Source: Candidatus Moranbacteria bacterium RIFOXYB1_FULL_43_19 | GTDB lineage: Bacteria; Patescibacteriota; Minisyncoccia; Moranbacterales; UBA11712 | Length of the DNA stretch: 64,000 bases | Direction: 5' to 3' | Assembly: GCA_001784875.1 (NCBI GenBank) | Contig: MFSH01000015.1 | Span: forward strand, 47,933-111,932 | Shown here: piece after piece, positions 38,685 to 48,215 of the stretch | Layout: every line of letters starts with the position of its first letter | Numbering within the stretch: position 1 is the first letter of the stretch | The notes under the pieces: generated by a model | The model's input: the letters and a program-made list of their open reading frames with translations, nothing else | Told to the model about the DNA's origin: nothing | Databases searched by the model: none | Translations under genes and position numbers: made by a program

Positions 38685-39938
38685 ATGAATGCAATCAAAA
38701 AAATATCGGCTCTCGAGATTCTTGACTCCCGTGGCAACCCGACTGTAAAAGCAACTGTTGCACTCGAAAACGGCATTTTGGGTTCAGCAGCGGTGCCGTC
38801 CGGTGCTTCAACGGGAAAATACGAAGCTCTTGAGTTGCGGGACAGCGACACGCGCTACGGCGGGCAAGGGGTTTTGACGGCCTGTGACAATATCGAAAAA
38901 AATATTAGCAAAGAAATCAGCGGAATCGACGCTTTTGATCAGAAAAAAATTGACGAAATCCTTGTCGAAATGGACGGAACAGAAAACAAGTCGAATCTCG
39001 GGGCGAACGCGACGCTGGCAGTTTCCCTTGCCGCGGCCCGCGCTGCCGCAAAATCAGAAAATACTCCTCTTTTTGAGTATCTTGCCAAAAATTACAGCTT
39101 CCGAAAACCAAAAAATATTCCGACAGCATTCTTCAATATTTTGAACGGCGGAGCCCACGCCGATTCAGGTCTTTCTATCCAGGAATTTCAGATTATTCCG
39201 CGCGAGTTCGAAAATTTTTCTGAAAAAGTCCGGGTAGCCAGCGAAATTTTCCACAAGTTGAAAGAATTGCTGGTCGGCGCCGGATTTTCTGCCGGAGTGG
39301 GTGATGAGGGCGGATTTGCTCCAAAATTGGAAAGCAATGTCGAAGCTCTCGATTATGTCGAAAAAGCTATCGAAGAATCCGGATACAGTTTTGCCGGCAC
39401 GGTTTCGATAGGAATTGATGCCGCCGCGTCAAGTTTTTTCGAAAGCAGCCAGAGTAGCTATATCCTGAAACCGGAAAATATTTCTCTCGAGCCGGAGCGC
39501 CTCATTGCGCTTTATCAGGAATGGAAGAAAAAATACAAAATATTTTCAATTGAAGACGGTCTGGCGGAAGATGATTTTGAGAGCTGGAAAATGATGAATG
39601 GAAAAATGGGGGATAATACGCTTATTGTCGGTGATGATCTGCTGGCGACAAACAAAAACCGGCTAGAGAAAGCCTTGTCATTTTCAGCGATAAACGCGGC
39701 TATCGTAAAACCGAACCAAATCGGAACCCTTTCCGAAACAATGGAATTTATAAAAAAATGCCAGAAAAATAAGATAAAAATCGTCGTATCCCACCGAAGC
39801 GGAGAAACAGAAGACGATTTCATTGCTGATCTGGCCGTCGCCGCCGGCGCGGAATTCGTCAAATTCGGCGCCCCCTGCCGGGGGGAGCGGACGGCAAAAT
39901 ATAACCGTCTTCTGGAAATTGAAAATGAAATCAAATAA
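38685..39938 (+). CDS. eno: Enolase
   Basis: DSRGNPTV, PSGASTG, GDEGGFAP, SHRSGETED. Confidence 0.99.
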   Translation: MNAIKKISALEILDSRGNPTVKATVALENGILGSAAVPSGASTGKYEALELRDSDTRYGGQGVLTACDNIEKNISKEISGIDAFDQKKIDEILVEMDGTENKSNLGANATLAVSLAAARAAAKSENTPLFEYLAKNYSFRKPKNIPTAFFNILNGGAHADSGLSIQEFQIIPREFENFSEKVRVASEIFHKLKELLVGAGFSAGVGDEGGFAPKLESNVEALDYVEKAIEESGYSFAGTVSIGIDAAASSFFESSQSSYILKPENISLEPERLIALYQEWKKKYKIFSIEDGLAEDDFESWKMMNGKMGDNTLIVGDDLLATNKNRLEKALSFSAINAAIVKPNQIGTLSETMEFIKKCQKNKIKIVVSHRSGETEDDFIADLAVAAGAEFVKFGAPCRGERTAKYNRLLEIENEIK

Positions 39939-39939
39939 A

Positions 39940-40021
39940 TACCCGTACCAAATTTTTACAAAAAATGAGAAAATCGAAAACAATTTCAAAAACAGAAGTT
40001 CACGGGAATTTAGTGCGGGGT
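39940..40021. mobile_element. MITE-like element overlapping the gpmI start
   Basis: TACCCGTACCAAATT / AATTTAGTGCGGGGT; right end matches the TIR of 123-235. Confidence 0.65.
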
Positions 40022-41548
40022 AAACCCACAATCCTTGCTATCCTCGACGGCTGGGGAATCGGCCCTAAAGACAAAACCAACGCGATCTGGCTTGCCAAGA
40101 CGCCGGCTTTTGACGCGCTCACGAAAAAATATCCCTATACCCAATTGGGCGCGACCGGCTCTAATGTCGGCCTCGATAATCATCAGACAAGCGGCTCGGA
40201 AACCGGGCATATGAATATCGGCGCCGGCCGCGTTGTTCCACAGGATTCGAGAAAAATATCCGAAAGTATCAATACCGGAACATTTTTTCACAATCCGGCT
40301 TTCTTAGGGGCAATCTCGCACATCAAAAAAAATAATTCCGATTTGCATCTTATGGGGCTTCTTGGAAATGAGGACAGTCCTCATATGAATCCCTATCATC
40401 TCGAAGCCCTTCTTCTGCTCGCGAAAAGAAATAATATAAAAAATGTTTATATCCATTTTTTCACGGATGGGCGGGATTCATATCCAAAAAGCGCGCTCCA
40501 GCATCTTGCCAGTTGGGAAAAAAATATCGAACAAATCGGGGTCGGGAAAATTGCAAGCCTCATCGGCCGCTTTTGGGCGATGGATAGAGCCAAAAATTGG
40601 AACCGGTTGAAGACAGCCTATGATCTTTTGGCAAGCGGTAAGGGGAAAAAATTCAACGTGGCATCCGAGGCGGTGAGATATGCTTATCAAAAAAAACTTA
40701 CCGACGAATACATAAAGCCGTCAGTGATGGCCGAAAAAGGGAAACCAATCGCCAGAATAAAAAATAATGATTCCGTGATTTTTTTCAATCTGCGCTCCGA
40801 CCGCGCCCGCCAATTCACAAAACTCTTCGTCCTTGAAAAATCAAAAGAGACAAGGTTGCCCTCTCCGCGGCTCAAAAATCTGTATTTTGTCGCTATGTCC
40901 AATTTTGGCCCCGATCTTCCGGTGCACACCGCCTTTCAGGACCATCCGCTGAATGGAACTTTGCCTGTGGCGCTGGCCGAATTTTCTCAATTATATATCG
41001 CCGAAAAAGAAAAATTTGCCCATATTACCTATTTTTTAAATGGCGGCTACGCGGACTCACTCAACGGCGAGGATCGTCTGATGGTTCCGTCACCGGTTAC
41101 CGACAATTATGCCAAGATTCCCCAGATGTCCGCCGGGAAAATCACGCAAACAGTTTTGGATTTTTTGAAAAAAAGAAAATATGATTTCACTGCAATCAAT
41201 TTCGCCAACGCCGACATGGTCGGACATACGGGAAATATGAAGGCAACGATCAAAGCGGTCGAAGTCGTGGACAAATCTCTCGCGAGAATATACAAAGAGC
41301 TCGCGAAGTTCGACGGGAATCTTGTCATTGCGGCTGATCACGGAAACGCTGACTGCATGTGGGACGCGAAAGCCAAACTACCCATGACTTTCCACACCAA
41401 AAATCCGGTTCCGCTGGTTATTTGCGCCGACAGGTTTCGCAGAAAGAAGCTCGCGTCTGGTGGAGTGCTGGGAAACATTGCGCCGACATTGTGTGATATA
41501 ATGGGAGTGAACAAATTGAGGGAAATGAAGTTAAAAAGTTTGTTATAA
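39965..41548 (+). CDS. gpmI: 2,3-BPG-independent phosphoglycerate mutase
   Basis: ILDGWG, SETGH.NIGAGR, DGRD, ADMVGHTG, ADHGNA. Confidence 0.98.
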   Translation: MRKSKTISKTEVHGNLVRGKPTILAILDGWGIGPKDKTNAIWLAKTPAFDALTKKYPYTQLGATGSNVGLDNHQTSGSETGHMNIGAGRVVPQDSRKISESINTGTFFHNPAFLGAISHIKKNNSDLHLMGLLGNEDSPHMNPYHLEALLLLAKRNNIKNVYIHFFTDGRDSYPKSALQHLASWEKNIEQIGVGKIASLIGRFWAMDRAKNWNRLKTAYDLLASGKGKKFNVASEAVRYAYQKKLTDEYIKPSVMAEKGKPIARIKNNDSVIFFNLRSDRARQFTKLFVLEKSKETRLPSPRLKNLYFVAMSNFGPDLPVHTAFQDHPLNGTLPVALAEFSQLYIAEKEKFAHITYFLNGGYADSLNGEDRLMVPSPVTDNYAKIPQMSAGKITQTVLDFLKKRKYDFTAINFANADMVGHTGNMKATIKAVEVVDKSLARIYKELAKFDGNLVIAADHGNADCMWDAKAKLPMTFHTKNPVPLVICADRFRRKKLASGGVLGNIAPTLCDIMGVNKLREMKLKSLL

Positions 41549-41551
41549 TTC

Positions 41552-41607
41552 AGCTTGGCTTTGAGGAATCCCGTCTCTTGCGAGAGGCGGGATGAAAAAG
41601 CTTAGCT
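41552..41607. repeat. Nested palindromic element between gpmI and pfkB
   Basis: Inner ATCCCGTCTC-TTGCGA-GAGGCGGGAT, outer AGCTTGGCTTT/AAAGCTTAGCT. Confidence 0.55.
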
Positions 41608-41618
41608 TTGAAAAAAAT

Positions 41619-42476
41619 ATGATATACGATTTAATCAGCATTGGCTCGACTACCAAAGATATTTTTCTTCTCACTGACCGGGGAAAAATTTTTAAAACAC
41701 CAGATGATAAATTGGCGCCTGTTTGGCTCGGTTTTGAATTGGGAGAAAAAATTTCTATCCAGGAAATTGTGGAAAGCGGCGGCGGAGTAGCAACGAATTT
41801 GTCGCTGGGAACAAAAAAGTTGGGCTTGAATTCTTTTCCAATGGGGCCGGCCAAGCCGGCCATCTCCGTGATTATAGTTGACAAAAGGACGGGCGAACGG
41901 ATTATTTTCTACCAAAAATCATCCGGCGCCGTGAAGCTCAAGTCGCTTCGGAGCAAAAAAACAAAATATCTCTCCGTTTCCTCCCTCACCGGAAACTGGA
42001 GCCGGCAGGCAAACGAAATTCTGGCTTATAAAAAGAAAAACAAAGCAAAGCTAATTGTTGCACCCAGCACGAGCATGATTCGGGACGGATTTAGCAATTT
42101 AAGAAAATTGCTCAAAAACACCGAAATATTATTTCTTAATAAAAATGAAGCCATTGAAATTGCTGTAAATGACAAAGTTGAAACTTCAAACGTAAATAAT
42201 TTGATCAAATTTTTACATAGGCTCGGACCAAAAATCGTTTGTCTTACAGATGGAATGAAGGGCGCTTGGGCCAGTGATGGAAAAAATATTTTCCACTCGC
42301 CGATTAAAAAAGTAAAGACTATCGATGTTACCGGCGCAGGGGACGCGTTCGCCGCCGGATTTCTGGGAGTATACATCAGGGAAAAAGATATCCAAAAAAG
42401 CCTGAAAATGGGAATTTCGAACAGTGCCAGTGTCGTTCGCCATATCGGAACGACAAAGGGTTTGCTAAAAAAATGA
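41619..42476 (+). CDS. PfkB family carbohydrate kinase
   Basis: GGGVATN, N..EA, TDG..G, DVTGAGDAFAAG. Confidence 0.92.
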   Translation: MIYDLISIGSTTKDIFLLTDRGKIFKTPDDKLAPVWLGFELGEKISIQEIVESGGGVATNLSLGTKKLGLNSFPMGPAKPAISVIIVDKRTGERIIFYQKSSGAVKLKSLRSKKTKYLSVSSLTGNWSRQANEILAYKKKNKAKLIVAPSTSMIRDGFSNLRKLLKNTEILFLNKNEAIEIAVNDKVETSNVNNLIKFLHRLGPKIVCLTDGMKGAWASDGKNIFHSPIKKVKTIDVTGAGDAFAAGFLGVYIREKDIQKSLKMGISNSASVVRHIGTTKGLLKK

Positions 42477-44551
42477 GAAATCTCACAAAATTTTTCAATC
42501 CCAGATCCATCGCCATTGTCGGCGCATCTCCTAATAGAAAAAAATTGGGAAATATTTTGGTAAAAAATATTATTTCTTGTGGTTGGAAAGGGAAACTATA
42601 TTTCGTCAATCCGAAATATACGACAAGAAAAAAAGAATATTATGCAAATCTGGGCAAAATAAGAAAGCCGGTAGATTTGGCGCTAATCGCCATACCGGCG
42701 CCGGTGGTGAACGCAGTTTTAAAAGAAGGAGCCTTATCGAAACCCAAAATTGAAAACTACGTCGTTATTTCCGCCGGATTCAAGGAAGCTGGAAAAAAAG
42801 GGGGAAAACTTGAAGAAGAACTCAAGAAAATAGCCAATGATTTTCGATTGAACATTTTGGGGCCAAATTGCCTTGGTTTTATAAATACTTTGAAAAACTT
42901 AAACGCGACCTTTACTGATGCGCGGGTAAAAAAAGGAAAAATTGCCATTGTTTCGCAATCCGGAGCGCTGGAGGTTGCCCTTCTCGATTGGGCAGAAGAA
43001 TGCGAAGCTGGTTTTTCTAAGGCGATTTCAATAGGAAATAAGGCTGTTCTTGGCGAAAATGAAGTGCTGAATTATCTCAATAAAGATAAAAGTACGGGCG
43101 CCATCGCTCTCTATCTCGAAGACATAAAAGACGGTGCAGAATTTGTCCGTGCTACTTCGGACATAAATTGCAAAAAACCCATCGCGGTTATAAAGGCCGG
43201 CAAAAGCAAAGCCGGTCAAAAAGCCATTGCTTCTCATACTGGCTCGCTGGCGCAGGACGAAAGCGTAATCGAGGCTGTGTTCAAAAAACTAGGCATTATT
43301 AAGGCAGAATCCGTGGAGCAGTTCCAGGATCTTATTTCTTATCTAGAATACAATAAAATCCCCCAAAGCGATAAAATCATTGTAGTCACGAATGCGGGGG
43401 GACTGGGCGTTCTTTCTGCCGACTTTATCGGCGAGTCCAAAAAAATTGATCTGCTGCCTTTTTCAGAAAATGTTAAAAAATATTTCAAAGAAATTCTTCC
43501 TCCAGGGGCTTCCGTAGAAAATCCAATTGACATTTTAGGCGATGCATCTCCGCAGCGCTACCAGGCAGTCCTCGAGATTATTTCGAAAAAATTTAGCTCT
43601 CATCCGCTTCTAGTGGTCCTCACCCCTCAAAATCAAACCAATCCCTTGAAAGTCGCAAAAATACTCGGGTCCTTCCGCAAAAATTTTGGCTCGATTTCAG
43701 CCTCCTTTGTAGGGGGAACGAAAATAAAAGAAGCCTTGAAAGAATTGGAGAAGAAAAAAGTGCCTAATTTTGAAAGTCCCGAAAGGGCGCTCCTGACACT
43801 TCAGGAAGCCATGGAGCAAAAGACTTGCCAAAGGAATATGTCAGCCGCGGTCGAAAAGAAAAAAATTCACCTGAAAATCAAGAAAAATTTTGTACCGGAA
43901 AAGGCAAAAGCTGAAAAAAGAGATCTTCTTTCTTGGAAGGAAACGGAAGTATTTTTCAGAAAGTACAAAATCAATCTGACGAAATCCCAGTCTGTGAAAA
44001 GCTTCAAAGAAATAAACCTTAAAAAAACGAAGTTTCCCTGCGTACTCAAAACTGATGATCCCGAAATAGTGCACCGCTGGGAAAAGAAAGCCGTATTTAT
44101 AAATTTAAGAAATATAAATAAACTGAAATCTGCCTGGAGCAGAATAGCGAAGAAGACAAGTGCCAAAAATTTTCTCCTTCAGCCGATGATCGATCCTGGT
44201 TTTGAAATAATAATCGGAATGAAAAGGGATCAAAACTTTGGCCCTGTTGTCATTGTTGGCGGTGGCGGAACGTTCGCGGAGATATTCAAAGACCGTGCTA
44301 TTCTTGTCCCGCCTTTTTCGGAAAAAGATGTGAAAGAGAGCCTCTCCGGCTTGAAAATATTTCCAATTCTAAATGGATTTCGCGGTGAAAATGAATACAA
44401 TATAGACGAAATAGCAACACTTGCCGTGGCTCTGCAGAATATCGCCATCGAAAATTCCGACATTTCGCAAATTGATATAAATCCAGTGATACTCTATAAT
44501 AACGGTAGCAAGTATCAGATTGTAGACGCAAAAGTTTATCTTAAATACTAA
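42473..44551 (+). CDS. ADP-forming acetate/acyl-CoA ligase (fused alpha-beta)
   Basis: SIAIVGAS, LGPNCLG, SQSG, ASHTGSLA, NPIDILGDA, C-terminal ATP-grasp with DINP. Confidence 0.92.
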   Translation: MRNLTKFFNPRSIAIVGASPNRKKLGNILVKNIISCGWKGKLYFVNPKYTTRKKEYYANLGKIRKPVDLALIAIPAPVVNAVLKEGALSKPKIENYVVISAGFKEAGKKGGKLEEELKKIANDFRLNILGPNCLGFINTLKNLNATFTDARVKKGKIAIVSQSGALEVALLDWAEECEAGFSKAISIGNKAVLGENEVLNYLNKDKSTGAIALYLEDIKDGAEFVRATSDINCKKPIAVIKAGKSKAGQKAIASHTGSLAQDESVIEAVFKKLGIIKAESVEQFQDLISYLEYNKIPQSDKIIVVTNAGGLGVLSADFIGESKKIDLLPFSENVKKYFKEILPPGASVENPIDILGDASPQRYQAVLEIISKKFSSHPLLVVLTPQNQTNPLKVAKILGSFRKNFGSISASFVGGTKIKEALKELEKKKVPNFESPERALLTLQEAMEQKTCQRNMSAAVEKKKIHLKIKKNFVPEKAKAEKRDLLSWKETEVFFRKYKINLTKSQSVKSFKEINLKKTKFPCVLKTDDPEIVHRWEKKAVFINLRNINKLKSAWSRIAKKTSAKNFLLQPMIDPGFEIIIGMKRDQNFGPVVIVGGGGTFAEIFKDRAILVPPFSEKDVKESLSGLKIFPILNGFRGENEYNIDEIATLAVALQNIAIENSDISQIDINPVILYNNGSKYQIVDAKVYLKY

Positions 44552-44609
44552 CATTATCCCAGCTTTAATGCGGGTATTTTCCTGGCATTGGGAATTGGGA
44601 GGAATTTAT

Positions 44610-45170
44610 ATGACAAAACCAAGGATTCTCATTGTTGATGACAACGATGTTGTCAGGGAAACATATGCTCAGGTTTTTAAGCAAAAAGGCTTTAACGTCA
44701 TTTCGGCAGTTGATGGAGTAGAGGGAGTCGATTTTGCTACAAAAGAAATTCCAAATGTGATCCTGACCGGAATTGTTATGCCTCGCATGGACGGGTTCCA
44801 ACTGATCAGAACTCTTCAGGAGAATGTACAAACCAGGGAAATTCCAATTGCCATTATTTCTCATTTGGGGCGCGAAGAAGATCGGAGAAAAGCCCAAGAA
44901 CTGGGCATTAACGAATTTATTGTCCAGGGAGCAGCCTCAGTGAATGAAATAGTTGAAAGAATAAAAAATCTTGTGAAAGACGGTGAGAGTTTCAAGCTAA
45001 GCTTTGATCCCTATGCCTGGGATGCCCCGAGAATGGCAAAAACTCTTCCTGGCAAGAGTTTCAACTGCCCGAATTGCCAGGAAAAAATGATCCTGGAAGT
45101 GATTCCCAAACCAGAAGGAGCTGGATATAACGCTGCCCTAAAGTGTCAAAAATGCAATTATATTTTATAG
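44610..45170 (+). CDS. Atypical receiver domain plus C-terminal Zn ribbon
   Basis: ILIVDD...VILTGIVMP; CPNC...CQKC. Confidence 0.85.
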   Translation: MTKPRILIVDDNDVVRETYAQVFKQKGFNVISAVDGVEGVDFATKEIPNVILTGIVMPRMDGFQLIRTLQENVQTREIPIAIISHLGREEDRRKAQELGINEFIVQGAASVNEIVERIKNLVKDGESFKLSFDPYAWDAPRMAKTLPGKSFNCPNCQEKMILEVIPKPEGAGYNAALKCQKCNYIL

Positions 45171-45203
45171 ATATGTTTTTCCGCGAGAGATTCTCAGCAT
45201 TTT

Positions 45204-46910
45204 ATGAATTGGAAGCTTAAAGAAAATCCGCAAATTCCGGCTGGACTAAAATCAGCATCCTTGAGCCAAATAACTCTCCGATTACTTCTTCAGAGAGGTT
45301 TTTTTTCAAAAGAGAAAATAGAAAAATTTTTGATGGCTCGCTATGAAGACCTCCATTCACCGGATGATCTTTCTGGTGTGAGCGAAGCAGTTGCGAGAAT
45401 TGGAAAAGCAAAAGATAGAAAAGAATCCGTGACAGTTTTTGGGGATTATGACGCCGATGGCATCACCTCGACCGTGCTGCTCAAGGAATCTTTGGAAGAA
45501 ATTGGCATTTCCCCGTCAACATATATTCCGGATCGCAACAAGGAAGGATACGGAATAAACAAGGAAGCAATTGATTTTTTGGAAAAAGAATATAAGACGA
45601 AACTTCTCATCACTGTTGACTGTGGTATATCGAACCGCGAGGAAATAAAATACTGCTCCCGAAAAGGGATGGAAGTTATCGTTGTCGATCACCACTCCCT
45701 GCCTAAAAAACTTCCGGAAAAATCTATTCTTATAAACCCCAAGCTGCCGAATCAGGAGTATCCTTTCAAGGATCTGGCGGGTGTTGGCGTAGCTTTCAAG
45801 CTATGCCAGGCCCTCTGGAAAAAATTTATACCTAAAAAAATCGGCCAGTTGAAATGGCTTCTTGATTTGGTGGCGATCGGAACAGTCGCTGACTGCGTAC
45901 CCTTGGTTGATGAGAATAGGATTTTCACCAAATTCGGACTGGTTGTCCTCCAAAAGACAAAAAGGACAGGCGTTCAGGAAATCATAAAAACAGCTCGTCT
46001 CAACATAAGCGAAGCCAGCCCCCCAAGCGCGAAAAATATCGCTTTTCAGATTGGTCCGCGCCTCAATGCGGCCGGAAGAATGGATCATGCTGATCTCACT
46101 CTCAATCTGCTTTTAGAAAAAGATGTTGTGAAAGCCCGCGTAGCGGCACTCGAGCTTGAGGCAAAAAACAGCGAGCGGCAAAAAATGACTCAGGAAATAT
46201 TTGCGGAAGTAAAGTCAACCCTGGAAGACAACGAAAAATACAAACTGATAATCCGGAAGGGTAAAAACTGGCCGCTTGGCATCTTGGGTGTGGTGGCCGG
46301 AAAAGTGGCAGAGGAATACCACTGCCCGACTTTCATTCTCCGCGAAAACAATGAAATTCTGGAGGGTTCAGGAAGAAGCATTGATGTTTTCAATCTTATC
46401 GAAGCGGTTTCGAGCCTCAGCGGACAGCTTGAAAAATATGGCGGTCATTCCCAAGCGATGGGAATCAAGATAAAACCGAAAAATTTGCCCCAGTTTGAAA
46501 AAAATTTGCTCAAAATTATCGAAAAAGGCTATGATGAAAATACCTGGGGGAAAAGGATTCAAATTGACGCGGAAATACGGCCTCAAGAAATTGACTGGGA
46601 CATTCTTTCGGAAATCAGAAAATTTGAGCCTTTCGGCGAAGGCAACCGCGAGCCCGTATTTTTGACAAAAGGCTTGTTTGTTCTTGGGATTCGGCAGGTT
46701 GGAAACGGACAAAAGCATCTCAAATTTGTTTTCGGATCCGACAATTCCGGAAAAAGGTCTTTTGAAGGGATTTTTTTTAAAGGAGGGGATTTCTTTTCCA
46801 AGTTTCGGTCTGGAGACAGGGTTGCGGTTGTTTATAATCTAAGGTCGAATGAATGGAGCGGAAACCGCAAGATCGAGCTGGACATCATTGACTTGAAAAA
46901 AGACAAGTAA
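45204..46910 (+). CDS. recJ: ssDNA exonuclease RecJ
   Basis: DYDADG, TVDCG, DHH, PRLNAAGR, GSGRS, GGH, PFGEGN. Confidence 0.98.
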   Translation: MNWKLKENPQIPAGLKSASLSQITLRLLLQRGFFSKEKIEKFLMARYEDLHSPDDLSGVSEAVARIGKAKDRKESVTVFGDYDADGITSTVLLKESLEEIGISPSTYIPDRNKEGYGINKEAIDFLEKEYKTKLLITVDCGISNREEIKYCSRKGMEVIVVDHHSLPKKLPEKSILINPKLPNQEYPFKDLAGVGVAFKLCQALWKKFIPKKIGQLKWLLDLVAIGTVADCVPLVDENRIFTKFGLVVLQKTKRTGVQEIIKTARLNISEASPPSAKNIAFQIGPRLNAAGRMDHADLTLNLLLEKDVVKARVAALELEAKNSERQKMTQEIFAEVKSTLEDNEKYKLIIRKGKNWPLGILGVVAGKVAEEYHCPTFILRENNEILEGSGRSIDVFNLIEAVSSLSGQLEKYGGHSQAMGIKIKPKNLPQFEKNLLKIIEKGYDENTWGKRIQIDAEIRPQEIDWDILSEIRKFEPFGEGNREPVFLTKGLFVLGIRQVGNGQKHLKFVFGSDNSGKRSFEGIFFKGGDFFSKFRSGDRVAVVYNLRSNEWSGNRKIELDIIDLKKDK

Positions 46911-46954
46911 TTTTTGTCTGCTGGCATTTTTTTATAAATCATAATTTGACCAAT

Positions 46955-47392
46955 ATGAATAAAGTTCGAATCTTTAGCGATGGAGCGGCAAGGGGAAATC
47001 CCGGGCCTTCAGGAGTTGGTGTTGTTATCGAAGTTGGAGCGAGCAAAAAAAACTATCGCGAATTTATTGGTTATGCGACAAACAATGAAGCCGAATACAA
47101 AGCGCTCATTTTCGCCCTTCAGAAAGTGAAGCTCATTTTTGGAAAAGCGAAAAGCAAAAACTTGAATGTCGAATGTTTTTTGGACAGCGAACTAATCGTG
47201 AAACAGCTGAACCACGAATACAAGGTTCTTGAAGAAAATATCCAAAAATTTTTTCTCCTCCTTTGGAATCTTTCCACCGATTTCAAGGAAGTGAAGTATT
47301 TTCATATACCAAGAGCCAAAAATTCGGAAGCAGACAGATTGGCGAATATGGCTCTGGACGAGGCAACCCGGGCCCAAAGCCGCATGTTTTGA
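46955..47392 (+). CDS. rnhA: Ribonuclease HI
   Basis: DGAARGNPG, TNNEAEY, DSEL, N..AD.LAN. Confidence 0.95.
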   Translation: MNKVRIFSDGAARGNPGPSGVGVVIEVGASKKNYREFIGYATNNEAEYKALIFALQKVKLIFGKAKSKNLNVECFLDSELIVKQLNHEYKVLEENIQKFFLLLWNLSTDFKEVKYFHIPRAKNSEADRLANMALDEATRAQSRMF

Positions 47393-47398
47393 AGATTA

Positions 47399-47421
47399 AA
47401 AAGGCTTATAGAAGCCTTTTT
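47399..47421 (+). terminator. Intrinsic terminator after rnhA
   Basis: AAAAGGCTT-ATAG-AAGCCTTTTT. Confidence 0.7.
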
Positions 47422-47436
47422 AATTTTGTTCTGGCA

Positions 47437-47463
47437 TTGACAGAGGGAAAAATATGCTATAAT
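47437..47463 (+). promoter_or_regulatory. Promoter of rnpB
   Basis: TG-C-TATAAT extended -10 at 47455-47463, TTGACA upstream (15-nt spacer), 7 nt before the RNA 5' end. Confidence 0.65.
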
Positions 47464-47470
47464 ATGGGTA

Positions 47471-48128
47471 GTTAGTTAAGGCCGGATAACCGCCTCGGTG
47501 TCTACGAATTACGAATCAAATACAAATATACGAATACTAAAAATTAGTAATTCGTATATTCGTAAAGCGAAGCGTATTAGTAATTCGTAGACATCTGGGA
47601 GGAAAGTCCGGACACCTGCTGATGCTGCGCATCAGCAAAGGGGCAATGGATAACACCCATCGGGCGCAGTGAAAACTGCGCTTAGGGAAAGTGTCCCCCT
47701 CACGGGGGATCTCCCGCAAGGGAGGCCACAGAGACTATACGACCCGCCCAAGTTTTTGACTTTTGAAGAGGTCCGACCGCGCGACCAAAAAAGAATGCGG
47801 ACGGACCTCGTCAAAAACTTGGGCGGACAAAGGTGAAAAGCGGGTTGATGTTAGATATCTTGCTCACGTGAAATATTTAGCTGCAACTCGAATCGACCGG
47901 TGACGGTCGAAGTTTGGCAAACCCTGCCTGGTGCAAGCCTGAGCCTCGATTCTATATCGGGGAAGGCGCTTGATCCCGACGGTAACGCCGGGGCTAGATA
48001 AATGGTTATCTCATCCCTCACCACTTTTTGTGAATTTATTCCCAAATATTTTCTTGAGGCAGTAAGAATTTTATTCAGTGAAAGTGGTGAGGGATAAGAC
48101 AGAATCCGGCTTACAGGCCTTAGCTAAC
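47471..48128 (+). ncRNA. rnpB: RNase P RNA (about 658 nt, with several inserted helices)
   Basis: P1 GTTAGTTAAGGCC/GGCCTTAGCTAAC, GAGGAAAGTCC, GCCACAGA, GGTGAAA, GGCAAACCC, CTAGATAAATG, AGAATCCGGCTTA. Confidence 0.95.
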
Positions 48129-48215
48129 ATTTTTTTACGAATAACGAATTTATTTTTTTATTCGTAATTCGTATATTCGTAAAGCGAAGCGTATTCGTAA
48201 TTTGTTGAGATCTTC

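Noticed and set aside
41552-41607. IS200/IS605 end or omega-RNA remnant
   Set aside because: The hairpin is reminiscent, but no tnpA/tnpB remnant is adjacent; kept only as a palindromic repeat
47497-48203. 32-bp exact repeat pair considered as a CRISPR array
   Set aside because: Only two copies about 600 bp apart, one inside rnpB; no regular spacers and no cas genes in the window
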